32,000 nucleotides of DNA from Horticoccus luteus (GCF_019464535.1 NZ_CP080507.1:1680001-1712000), one strand, 5' to 3'; positions 7,298-15,283 are shown, numbered from the stretch's first letter. A program made the numbers and translations. Notes: a model not told the origin generated them from the letters alone.

Positions 7298-9460
7298 TCA
7301 GGCGTCGGCGCGCGCGTAAGCGCGGTAATAGTCTTTGTTGTAAGCGCCGTAGCCTTGGAAACCAGCGCGGCGGAAGCGGGCCTCGGGCATTTGATTCAAG
7401 ATCAAGCCCATGACGGTGATACCCGTTTCGTGCAGCCGCTGGAGCGTCTTGCGCATATTGTGAATGCGGGTCGTGCCGAACTTGCAGACGTAAACGAGTT
7501 CGTTGGCATGCCGGCAGAGGAGCAATGCATCCGGAAACACTGCGACCGGTGGCGTATCCAGGATAATGATGTCGTAGGACTCGCGCAGGGACTTGAGCAG
7601 CGGTGACGTGGCAAAACGCTCAAGGGTTTCGGTGGGATTCTTGGCGACGCCGCCAGCGGGCAGGAGGTGGAAATTTTCCGCGATGGAAACCACGGGGTTG
7701 CGGCGCGTTTCTCCGTTGGGATTCGGGAGGAGGCTCTGGATCCAGCCGTAACTGCCATCGACCCCGAAATAGCGGTGCAACACCGGGCGCCGGAGATCGC
7801 AATCGACCAAGAGCGTGCGGCGATTGTGCGCGGCGTAGACGGCGGCGAGATTGCTGGCGGTGAGACTTTTGCCGTCGCCCGGCATGCTGCTGGTCATGAT
7901 CAGCACCTTGGGGTAGCCGACGGTGGAGCTGATATCGATCGCGCTGTAGATGCCGCGATAGCTCTCGGCGAGAGCGTCGTCTTTGCGCAGACGGAAGACG
8001 TGGGCGCGTTCGGCCTCGCCGAGGCCTTCGATGCGTTTCACCGCTCCGAGCAGCGACTCGCCGAGGGCATCCTCGACATCGGTCACGGTCTTTACGCGGG
8101 TGTCCATGAAACCCAGACCGACGGGAATGATGATGAAACAGGCCAACGCGATCGCGCCGGATTTGAGGAGGAGTTGAAGGAGGCCGCCGCTGACGGGAGT
8201 GGACGGAACGTAGGCCGGATCGAAGATCTTGATATTGGTGTTCTCCATCTGGCTCGCCACGCTGGCCTCGTTGAGCCGATCGACGATGCGGGAGTAGGTG
8301 GAGCGTTTGGTGGCGGCTTCCTGCTCCAGGAATTTGTAATCGACGGAGATCTTATCGAGCTCGTGGGCCATCTTCTCCGCTTCGGCGAGTTCGTCGCGAA
8401 GACGGGACTCATGCTGGCTGGCGATGAGGAACCGCGTGCGGAGATTGGCCTCGGCGAGCGCGATGTTCTGGTTCAGCAGGCGCTGCGTCTCCTGCATGTC
8501 CAGCTTGTTGTCCTTCATCTTGGGATGTTCCGGGAGGTAGCGTTCCGTGAGCATCGCGCGCTGCGCCGCCAGACTATCGAGTCGGGCCTTCTGCGCGGCG
8601 ACTTCCGGGTAACTTTGGATCTCGGGAATCTCGAGGAGATTTTTACCGTCCTTCTTATATTCGTCGACCTTGTCCAAGATCGAACGGACCTCGACTTGCT
8701 CCATTTGCGCCGCGACGAGCGCGTTACCCACCGTGGTGACCTTTTGGAGAATGACGTTCTGATTCTGCCCGAGCGCGGCGATGTTATTTTTGGCGCGATA
8801 CGCTTGCAGGGCATTCTCGGCGGTTTCGACTTGAGCACGCATCTCCTCGGACTGATTCCGGAGAAAAACGATGGCGGAGTTTGTGCCGCTGTTTGCGCGA
8901 TCGAGATTAAAATCAATATAGCGGCGTGCGTAGCGGTTGGCGATGAGCGCAGCGTTTTCGGCGTTACGATTCGTGACGGCGATGCCCAGAATGGTGGTGC
9001 CGCGGCGCACGTAGATGCTTACGTTCGGGCCAATGATGTCAGCGAGCGAGGGCAGCGGCGCGTTGGGATTGGTGGTGTCGCGGTAGGGCTCCTGAATGCG
9101 CCGGGTCTCGTCCGGCGTAAAAGAGGACAGCATATAGTCGAAAAAGGTCTGACTACGGAGCTGCTCCATGTGGATGTTCAGATCGTTCGCGTTATAAACG
9201 CCGGTCTGCACCACCTCCTGAATATTGAGCACGCGATCCTTGTGGGACTCGAAAAGAAGCGATACTTCGCTGCGATAAAGCAACTCGGCCTTGGGCTGGA
9301 AATAGATGAAGATGCCGGCCGCGATGAGACCTACAATCAGCCCGATCGGCCAGCGATCGCGCAGCATTTGAAGCATGTCACGCGGCGAGATGCGGGACGG
9401 CGGCGCAGCCTTGGCGGCGGCTGCGGCTTTCGCAGTTGAGACGGTCTTTTTAGTGGGCAT
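7298..9460 (-). CDS. polysaccharide co-polymerase (PCP-2a) fused to a BY-type tyrosine autokinase (Wzc/GumC/EpsG-like)
   Basis: 720 aa. There is an N-terminal TM segment (WPIGLIVGLIAAGIFIYF), a long coiled-coil periplasmic region and a second TM segment (LLQLLLKSGAIALACFIIIPVGLGF). The kinase motifs are Walker A SSMPGDGKSLTASNLA, Walker A' LLVDCDLRRP and Walker B IIILDTPP. The tail is Tyr-rich: GYGAYNKDYYRAYARADA. Confidence 0.85.
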   Translation of the reverse strand: MPTKKTVSTAKAAAAAKAAPPSRISPRDMLQMLRDRWPIGLIVGLIAAGIFIYFQPKAELLYRSEVSLLFESHKDRVLNIQEVVQTGVYNANDLNIHMEQLRSQTFFDYMLSSFTPDETRRIQEPYRDTTNPNAPLPSLADIIGPNVSIYVRRGTTILGIAVTNRNAENAALIANRYARRYIDFNLDRANSGTNSAIVFLRNQSEEMRAQVETAENALQAYRAKNNIAALGQNQNVILQKVTTVGNALVAAQMEQVEVRSILDKVDEYKKDGKNLLEIPEIQSYPEVAAQKARLDSLAAQRAMLTERYLPEHPKMKDNKLDMQETQRLLNQNIALAEANLRTRFLIASQHESRLRDELAEAEKMAHELDKISVDYKFLEQEAATKRSTYSRIVDRLNEASVASQMENTNIKIFDPAYVPSTPVSGGLLQLLLKSGAIALACFIIIPVGLGFMDTRVKTVTDVEDALGESLLGAVKRIEGLGEAERAHVFRLRKDDALAESYRGIYSAIDISSTVGYPKVLIMTSSMPGDGKSLTASNLAAVYAAHNRRTLLVDCDLRRPVLHRYFGVDGSYGWIQSLLPNPNGETRRNPVVSIAENFHLLPAGGVAKNPTETLERFATSPLLKSLRESYDIIILDTPPVAVFPDALLLCRHANELVYVCKFGTTRIHNMRKTLQRLHETGITVMGLILNQMPEARFRRAGFQGYGAYNKDYYRAYARADA

Positions 9461-9489
9461 GGGAAGATCAGCAGAGAGAGGAGGAGATA

Positions 9490-10209
9490 TCAGAATAACC
9501 GCTCAGGAATCCAAATACGGTCGCCGGGATAGATTGGAAAATCGCGGCGCTCGGCGTCGCCCTGGCGGCGCTTGGTGATCATGCGTTCGACGTCGACGGT
9601 GGTGACGCGTTCCTTGCCGTCAGCCGTCTTGCGCACGACGTTAACGGCATCGGATTTCGCCGTCGGCAGAAATCCGCCCACGCGGGTGATGAGATCGACG
9701 ATGTCCATGCTCGTGGTTTCCTTGGGAAATTGGAAATTGCCCGGAGACCTGACCGCGCCGAGGACGGAGACCTCGCGGAGGGCGTAGTTCGAGACGGCAA
9801 TGGAAACGAGAGGGTTTTTCAAAAGCTGCCGGTCAGTGTAGAGTTTCTCCAATTGGTCCTCCGCTTCCCGCACGCTTTTGCCGCCCACCTTCACATCGCC
9901 GATGAGCGGCAGCCGCAGATGGCCGTCGACATCGAGGCGCTGGGAGGCGGACATGTCGGGTTCGTCGTAGACGTTCACCGTGACCGAATCGCCGGGCGCT
10001 AGAAGATAGGCAGGATCGGTGGGCCCCGCATCGTTGCCGGTCGCGCCGGCACTCCCGACGGCGGGGGCGGCAGGCAGAGCGCTGCTCCCAGAGCCAAAAG
10101 GTTGGGCGGGTGCGGATGAGGCTGGATAACTATCGCCCGTGTCGGCGTGCCCGCAGGCGCCGAGCGAAAAGCTCAGAGCCAGAATGAGAGTGCTAAGGGA
10201 ACGACGCAT
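9490..10209 (-). CDS. short outer-membrane polysaccharide export (OPX, Wza-like) lipoprotein
   Basis: 239 aa. It has a signal peptide plus lipobox (LSFSLGAC). The Poly_export motif YLLAPGDSVTVNVYDEPDMS is followed by one SLBB-like segment (VSVLGAVRSPGNFQFPKETTSMDIVDLITRVGGF). It ends about 140 aa short of E. coli-type Wza. Confidence 0.8.
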   Translation of the reverse strand: MRRSLSTLILALSFSLGACGHADTGDSYPASSAPAQPFGSGSSALPAAPAVGSAGATGNDAGPTDPAYLLAPGDSVTVNVYDEPDMSASQRLDVDGHLRLPLIGDVKVGGKSVREAEDQLEKLYTDRQLLKNPLVSIAVSNYALREVSVLGAVRSPGNFQFPKETTSMDIVDLITRVGGFLPTAKSDAVNVVRKTADGKERVTTVDVERMITKRRQGDAERRDFPIYPGDRIWIPERLF

Positions 10210-10211
10210 GG

Positions 10212-11480
10212 TCAGAAGGTATAGTTCGCTGAAACCGACACGATGTGCCGTTGATAGTTGGCAATCGCGTTGGAAGAATCGGAATTGCGATAGTAATAGT
10301 TACCGCTGGCGCTCCAGTATTTCGTCATGCGATAGCCGATGCGTCCTTGGAAAAAGAGCACGTTATCATCGCGCGAGATGCCGCGATAGACGCGGTGATC
10401 GTAACCGACGGTGGCGCCCGCGTCGATGAAGTGTCCGATATCCTCGGTCACGCCGAAGGAGGCAGAGGTGGATTCGACGGTCAGATCGTCGATCGTGAGC
10501 TCGAGGGCGCGGCGAGCGTTCAGCGAAAGCTTGGTATTGGGGCGGGCCTGCCAGCTCAGATTAGCGGCACCCCCGAAGCGCCGGGTGTTGTTATCATTGA
10601 TGCCCGGAACGTCGGAGGACTGGTAAAAGAGCGACAGGGAACTGTCGAGTTTGGGAAAGCGCGAAGCGGGCAGGAAGGGGCCCTCAAGCGAGGCACTGAC
10701 AAAAGAACCGGCGTAGTGGGTTTCGCCGGTCACCGTCTCCGCGCGCGAGCGATCCAGAATGCGGTAGCCGTAACTCACCGACGCTTTCACATCGGAGTAG
10801 ATCGGGCGGGAGAGACCGACGGAGTAAGTATCGAGTTTCTGGTTGAGCGGGACGCCAAACGAGTTGTCGCCGGAGGTCTCATTGTCCAGGTGCCGGTAGC
10901 GGACGTGCAGCGCAGTGCCTTGGAGAAAATCGAGATAGTTGAAGCCGAGGCCGGCGTCCCATTGATCGCGATCACTGTAAATATTCCGGTGGGCTTGGAG
11001 CAGGCCGGCGTCGAAATCGAAACTGGTTTTGAGGCCGGCAAGAAAATTGGTATCGAGCCGGGTGGAGAAAATTTTGTCCCGCACGCGTTGGTTGACGTCG
11101 TAGTTCACGTCCGAGTGCTCGTCGTAGCTCATTTTAAATGAGCCGGAGAAGCGGGGGCCGACTCCTTGCGGCAAACGCAGGTTGATGCCGGACGTCACGT
11201 CTTCGGAGTTGAATTGGGTGAGATCGTAGTAGCGCTTCACACTGACGCCGGCGTGGGCGTCGAGTTTAAGCTGCGCAGTCTCGCTCCGGCGGTAGATGAG
11301 TTGAGGGAACAGCGTGAAGATCATATCGTCGGCACCACTGGCACCGCCGAGGACCCGGGAGTCATAGGTGGCCGATGCCGTGGTGGAGAGGAGCAGTTCC
11401 CCTCGTTCGATTTCGGTGAAGGCGAGAGCGGACGGCACCAGCGTGAGAGCGGTGCAGGTGAACAGGATGGCGGATTTCAT
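10212..11480 (-). CDS. outer-membrane beta-barrel protein associated with polysaccharide export (EpsL/Wzp-like, family unverified)
   Basis: I trimmed the ORF to the ATG at 11480-11478, giving MKSAILFTCTALTLVPSALAF, a signal peptide. Alternating hydrophobic/polar beta-strand patterning runs throughout, with many Y/S/D/N-rich turns. The C-terminus is SANYTF, a terminal aromatic typical of OM barrels. Its stop lies 2 nt from the OPX gene's start. Confidence 0.6.
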   Translation of the reverse strand: MKSAILFTCTALTLVPSALAFTEIERGELLLSTTASATYDSRVLGGASGADDMIFTLFPQLIYRRSETAQLKLDAHAGVSVKRYYDLTQFNSEDVTSGINLRLPQGVGPRFSGSFKMSYDEHSDVNYDVNQRVRDKIFSTRLDTNFLAGLKTSFDFDAGLLQAHRNIYSDRDQWDAGLGFNYLDFLQGTALHVRYRHLDNETSGDNSFGVPLNQKLDTYSVGLSRPIYSDVKASVSYGYRILDRSRAETVTGETHYAGSFVSASLEGPFLPASRFPKLDSSLSLFYQSSDVPGINDNNTRRFGGAANLSWQARPNTKLSLNARRALELTIDDLTVESTSASFGVTEDIGHFIDAGATVGYDHRVYRGISRDDNVLFFQGRIGYRMTKYWSASGNYYYRNSDSSNAIANYQRHIVSVSANYTF

Positions 11481-12053
11481 TCGGAAGAGAGTGCTTGGTT
11501 CGGCAGCGACGGCGCAGGTTCCACGGATGCACGCGGCTCGAAGTGTCGAGTGAGCGGCACCCGCGATCTCACCGCGCGGTGCTGGCGGACATTTTTTGTT
11601 CAGATCGCGGACGTCTCCTGGCAAGGGGCACAGGCACGTGGAAGAGGTGCGCTTTGGGCGTTGCGCGGAAATCCCCGTGCGGCGGTGCGCTCGTTCGCGG
11701 CAGAATCTGCGGGCTCGGCGTTGTTGCTTGCCGCGGGAGAGTAGGGGCGGGGCGAAGGATTGAAGAGCGTGTTCGAAGTAGTGGCCGCTCGCGCGCTTTC
11801 AGTCTGGGAAGGGCAACAGGCGAATGTTGGGCGCCGTTCAAACTCTATATATTGAGTGATCATAAGTGACGCTCACGCCGGGCGTTGAGCGAATCGAGAG
11901 AGCCATAAGTGCGCCAACCAAGACAAGATTGATCCCAGTTCTTAGGGGAGTTTCAGGAAATTCCCGATACGCGGCCAATGGTGCGGAGGACGAGCACAGA
12001 CGTGTGCAGCCGATACGAAATCGGCGGCGCGCGCGTTACTGTAGTAATGCTCG
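11481..12053. promoter_or_regulatory. divergent promoter/leader region between the export operon (-) and the initiating transferase gene (+)
   Basis: A 573-nt gap between divergent genes. It has an AT-rich core at about 11840-11960 (aactctatatattgagtgatcataag). The 8-mer CATAAGTG occurs twice (11861-11868 and 11904-11911). CCGATACG occurs twice (11964-11971 and 12010-12017). A small hairpin ccgatacgaaatcgg lies at 12010-12024. ORFs in this region are R/P/A-rich and unconvincing. Confidence 0.4.
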
Positions 12054-13493
12054 ATGTGTCCAACAGACGAGCGCCTCCCGCCCACTATGTTTAAAGATCG
12101 CCAGCAAGGACTCGTTTATCTGCACGGTTGCACCCTCGCGATCACTGCCGTCGTCCTATTCCTGACGTGGGGAGGCTTTGTCAACGCCGTGGGCTGGATC
12201 GAATTTTCCAAGCACGTTAACCGCGACTTGTATTTGCTGGCGACCGTTTGCGCGGGACTGTGGGTGCAACAAGGGCTGCGCGGCTACAGCGAAAAACTGG
12301 GGTGTTTGGGCTGGGGCGACGCGATACGTCTTTCGCGGCAGCAGATCGGCCGGATCGCGATCGTGCTTTTCGCCGTCGTCGTGGTAACGAAGGACGGAAA
12401 TATCTCGCGCACATTTTTGATCGGTTACCTTGGTGTGCTCGCCGGAGCCTTGATCATCGCAAACAAGTATTTTCCGCCTTTGATTGCGCGGTTGTTTTTC
12501 GGCGCTCGCGGGATGCGAACCGTTGTGATCGCGCCGGCCAAGGAGGTGGAAGGTTTCGTCAAATGGCTCCGGCAGCGCCCGCACCTCGCTGGCGGAATCG
12601 AGGTAATCGGCTGGATTGGAGATGCGGACGCTCCGGCGGAGACGACCTTGCCGCGATTGGGGACGAAGCGGGATGTGCGGCGCGTGTTGATTGAGCACGA
12701 TGCAACGCAAATTCTCGTCTCGCAGGCTAACTTGACGGCAGAAGCTGCGGACACCGTGTCAGAGATTGCGGAGCAATTGGGCTGCCGTGTGCGCTTCTTC
12801 TCCAACGTGCAGCAATTTTTTGGCGAGCGGGCCGTGCGAGTGGAACACGAGGAGAACTACACTTTCGTCACACGAAGCGACGAACCGTTGGATCATCCGT
12901 TGAATCAGATCCAGAAGCGTCTGCTCGATATCGTCGTCGCCCTGCCCGTGGTCGTGCTGATTTTCCCGCCGCTGATGTTGATGGTGTGGTGCATGCAACG
13001 AATCCAATCACCCGGTCCGCTCTTTCACTGCCAACTGCGTTCCGGGTTAAACCGGCGGAAGTTTCTCATCTTCAAATTTCGCACGATGAACGTGAATCAC
13101 GGGCAAGAGAGCCGGCAGGCGGGCAAGAACGACGCGCGGATCTATCCGTTTGGCCGGTTTCTGCGTCGGGCCAGCCTCGATGAGATCCCGCAGTTTCTCA
13201 ACGTGCTGCTCGGTGACATGAGTGTGAGCGGACCGCGTCCTCATTTGCTCGAACACGACGAACAGTTCGCGAAGGTCGTGAATTTCTACCACGCGCGCCA
13301 TTTCGTGAAACCCGGCATCACCGGTTTGGCGCAGAGCAAAGGTTTTCGCGGCGAAATTTCTGAGCCCTCCTTACTGCGCAAGCGGATCGGCTACGACATG
13401 CTCTACATCAAACGCTGGTCGCTCTCGCTGGATTTGCAGATCATGGCCGCGACGGTGCGTCACGTCTTTTTCCCTCCCAGCTCGGCCTATTGA
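12054..13493 (+). CDS. polyprenyl-phosphate sugar-1-phosphate transferase (WbaP/EpsB-type initiating enzyme)
   Basis: 479 aa with N-terminal TM helices. The C-terminal catalytic domain carries KRLLDIVVALPVVVLIFPPLML, SPGPLFHCQLRSGLNRRKFLIFKFRTM, DEIPQFLNVLLGDMSVSGPRPH and PGITGLAQ. These are Bacterial_sugar_transferase family motifs. The start could also be the ATG at 12087. Confidence 0.85.
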   Translation: MCPTDERLPPTMFKDRQQGLVYLHGCTLAITAVVLFLTWGGFVNAVGWIEFSKHVNRDLYLLATVCAGLWVQQGLRGYSEKLGCLGWGDAIRLSRQQIGRIAIVLFAVVVVTKDGNISRTFLIGYLGVLAGALIIANKYFPPLIARLFFGARGMRTVVIAPAKEVEGFVKWLRQRPHLAGGIEVIGWIGDADAPAETTLPRLGTKRDVRRVLIEHDATQILVSQANLTAEAADTVSEIAEQLGCRVRFFSNVQQFFGERAVRVEHEENYTFVTRSDEPLDHPLNQIQKRLLDIVVALPVVVLIFPPLMLMVWCMQRIQSPGPLFHCQLRSGLNRRKFLIFKFRTMNVNHGQESRQAGKNDARIYPFGRFLRRASLDEIPQFLNVLLGDMSVSGPRPHLLEHDEQFAKVVNFYHARHFVKPGITGLAQSKGFRGEISEPSLLRKRIGYDMLYIKRWSLSLDLQIMAATVRHVFFPPSSAY

Positions 13494-13695
13494 GGCGTGG
13501 CTGGGGCGCGGCCCCGGAGTGGTAAATCCGATAGCTGGATACGGCGATGCCGGGTGGAAAGCGGAGGCGTTTTTTCATGCAAAATGCACGTCGGTGCGCG
13601 CTCCGTTTTCCGAGGTAAAAACGTAATTTTGCGCAAGCGGTTCAATTGCAAATGAGCCGCACAAAACAAGGAACATTAGGGGGGGTATAGCTACC

Positions 13696-14553
13696 ATGCC
13701 GCACGCCCCGATGGCCAGCTCAGGGCGAAACGACAACTCAGAAGACACAATGGAAACTCTCCAATCAACCGCCACGCGTGCGGAGCGCACCTTGAGCCGA
13801 AACGGTGCGCGCAACTCAACCGACAACGAATCCTCCAACGTGACCGACGCCAGCCCGTCGGACTTTGTGACGAAGATGCGGACGAGGATCTATATCGTCG
13901 ATGATCACGCGCTGGTGCGGCGCGGTCTGGCGGCGTTGATCTCCGCTGAGTCGGACATGGAAGTCTGCGGTCAGGCGGAGGACGCGGCCACGGCGATCAA
14001 CGATGTCATGAAACTTCGCCCGGACCTCGTCATCGTGGACATTTCGTTGAAAGGGAACTCGGGCATCGAGCTCATCAAGAGCATCAAGGCCTTTGACTCC
14101 AACATCCAGGCGATCGTGGTCTCGATGCACGACGAATCCATTTACGCGTTGCGGGTGCTGAAAGCGGGCGCTCGCGCCTACGTGATGAAACAGGAAGTGA
14201 CCGAAAAGGTGCTCGAGGCGGTGCGCAGAATCCGCAAGGGGCATCTTTACGTGAGCGATAATGTCGCGAGCCAGATGTTGAACCGTTTGACGGGGGGCGG
14301 CGTGCCGGAGGATGGCTCGTTGGTGAGCGGACTTAGCGACCGTGAACTTGAGATCGCGAGTTTGATCGGCAACGGCGTGCCGACGCGGGAAATCGCCGCC
14401 CGGCTCCATATCAGCATCAAGACGGTGGAAACGCATCGGGCCCACATCAAGAGCAAGCTCAACCTGCGCAACGCGACTCAGCTCGTGCAGTTTTGCGTGC
14501 GCTGGGTCGATGAGAATAACGCGGCCGCGACGAAGGCACCGGCGTCCGTTTAA
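13696..14553 (+). CDS. NarL/FixJ(LuxR)-type response regulator (REC + LuxR HTH)
   Basis: The receiver begins at RIYIVDDHALVRRGL, continues PDLVIVDISLKGNSG, and has SMH...K later. The C-terminal LSDRELEIASLIGNGVPTREIAARLHISIKTVETHRAHIKSKL is a LuxR-type HTH. The ATG at 13696 follows a G-rich stretch (13679-13686). Alternative ATGs at 13750 and 13876 would remove a roughly 60-aa polar N-terminal extension. Confidence 0.85.
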   Translation: MPHAPMASSGRNDNSEDTMETLQSTATRAERTLSRNGARNSTDNESSNVTDASPSDFVTKMRTRIYIVDDHALVRRGLAALISAESDMEVCGQAEDAATAINDVMKLRPDLVIVDISLKGNSGIELIKSIKAFDSNIQAIVVSMHDESIYALRVLKAGARAYVMKQEVTEKVLEAVRRIRKGHLYVSDNVASQMLNRLTGGGVPEDGSLVSGLSDRELEIASLIGNGVPTREIAARLHISIKTVETHRAHIKSKLNLRNATQLVQFCVRWVDENNAAATKAPASV

Positions 14554-14578
14554 GCGAAACCCTTTTGGGGGGCGCATG

Positions 14579-14610
14579 AAAAAGCCCGCCGGTTTGACCG
14601 GCGGGCTTTT
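14579..14610. terminator. bidirectional intrinsic terminator between convergent genes
   Basis: Perfect hairpin aaagcccgccgg-tttga-ccggcgggcttt. It is flanked by an A-run on the left and a T-run on the right, so it reads as stem plus U-tract on both strands. It lies between the response-regulator stop (14553) and the hpf stop (14635). Confidence 0.75.
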
Positions 14611-14634
14611 CGCGTGAAGCCGCGAGAGAGGTGA

Positions 14635-15003
14635 CTAGGTGATTTTGGGCAGGGCGACGTCGGCGAATTCTATCGCGCGGGGTTGCTTGCGTTTCGACTT
14701 ACGAAGTTGCGCGCGTCGCTCGAGCATCCGGTCGAGTTTTGCGATGAGGAGGGCGACGGACTTGTGGCATTCCTCGGTCGTCACGGTGGCATTGAGATTG
14801 GGACCTTGAATTTCCACGTGCCCCTTGGCGGTGAAACGGTTGGTCTGCGTAGGATCGTATTCGAGTTCGAAGCGAAGCCGGACGATGCGGTCTTCATGAC
14901 GATACAGTCGCGCGGCTTTCTCTTGCACGAACGTCTTGAGCGACGGCGTGAGGTCCAAGTGAATGCCAGCAACAATGATTTCGTGATGATTTTGGCTGTT
15001 CAT
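14635..15003 (-). CDS. hpf: ribosome hibernation factor, short form (HPF/RaiA, S30AE family)
   Basis: I trimmed the 263-aa track ORF to the ATG at 15003-15001. This gives MNSQNHHEIIVAGIHLDLTPSLKTFVQEKAARLYRHEDRIVRLRFELEYD...FTAKGHVEIQGPNLNATVTTEECHKSVALLIAKLDRMLERR, the typical HPF/YfiA pattern. A K/R-rich tail follows. 122 aa in total. Confidence 0.85.
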   Translation of the reverse strand: MNSQNHHEIIVAGIHLDLTPSLKTFVQEKAARLYRHEDRIVRLRFELEYDPTQTNRFTAKGHVEIQGPNLNATVTTEECHKSVALLIAKLDRMLERRAQLRKSKRKQPRAIEFADVALPKIT

Positions 15004-15283
15004 GATCTGCGTTTGATTTGGGTTAACGGACAGAAAGGGGCCTGAAATCCGGTGCCGCAAAAGCCTCCCGTCTTTGACGATCTCGTCGAATCCAACCGAT
15101 CTTCCGTGGGGAAAACCTTTCATGGGGAGCACGGGAAGCGTTCGCGCGGTTGGTGCGTTTTGCAACCTCTGTCGACGTTTAATAACCGTGAAATAGTGCT
15201 TCCCTTTTCGCGGCGGACTTGCCGGCGGCCTCCATTGACCGGCAAGGTGATGCCATGGTGAATTTCTACGAAGGGCGGTTCGC

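Noticed and set aside
7667-9439. A 590-aa plus-strand ORF antisense to the Wzc-like kinase gene. Similar long antisense ORFs occur at 3766-4950, 10245-11141, 16864-17514, 23379-24356, 26947-27837 and 27591-28625.
   Set aside because: Each overlaps a gene with strong family motifs on the other strand. All are G/R/A/D/E-rich without motifs or plausible starts. This is the expected by-product of high GC content.
11495-11869. ORFs of 87-124 aa in the 573-nt divergent intergenic region. One is a minus-strand 87-aa ORF (11600-11863) with two Cys pairs, starting in the AT-rich patch.
   Set aside because: The peptides are low-complexity R/P/A/S-rich, with no hydrophobic core, signal or motif, and the ORFs overlap one another. 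I treat the region as leader/promoter DNA. The 87-aa ORF cannot be strictly excluded without Ribo-seq.
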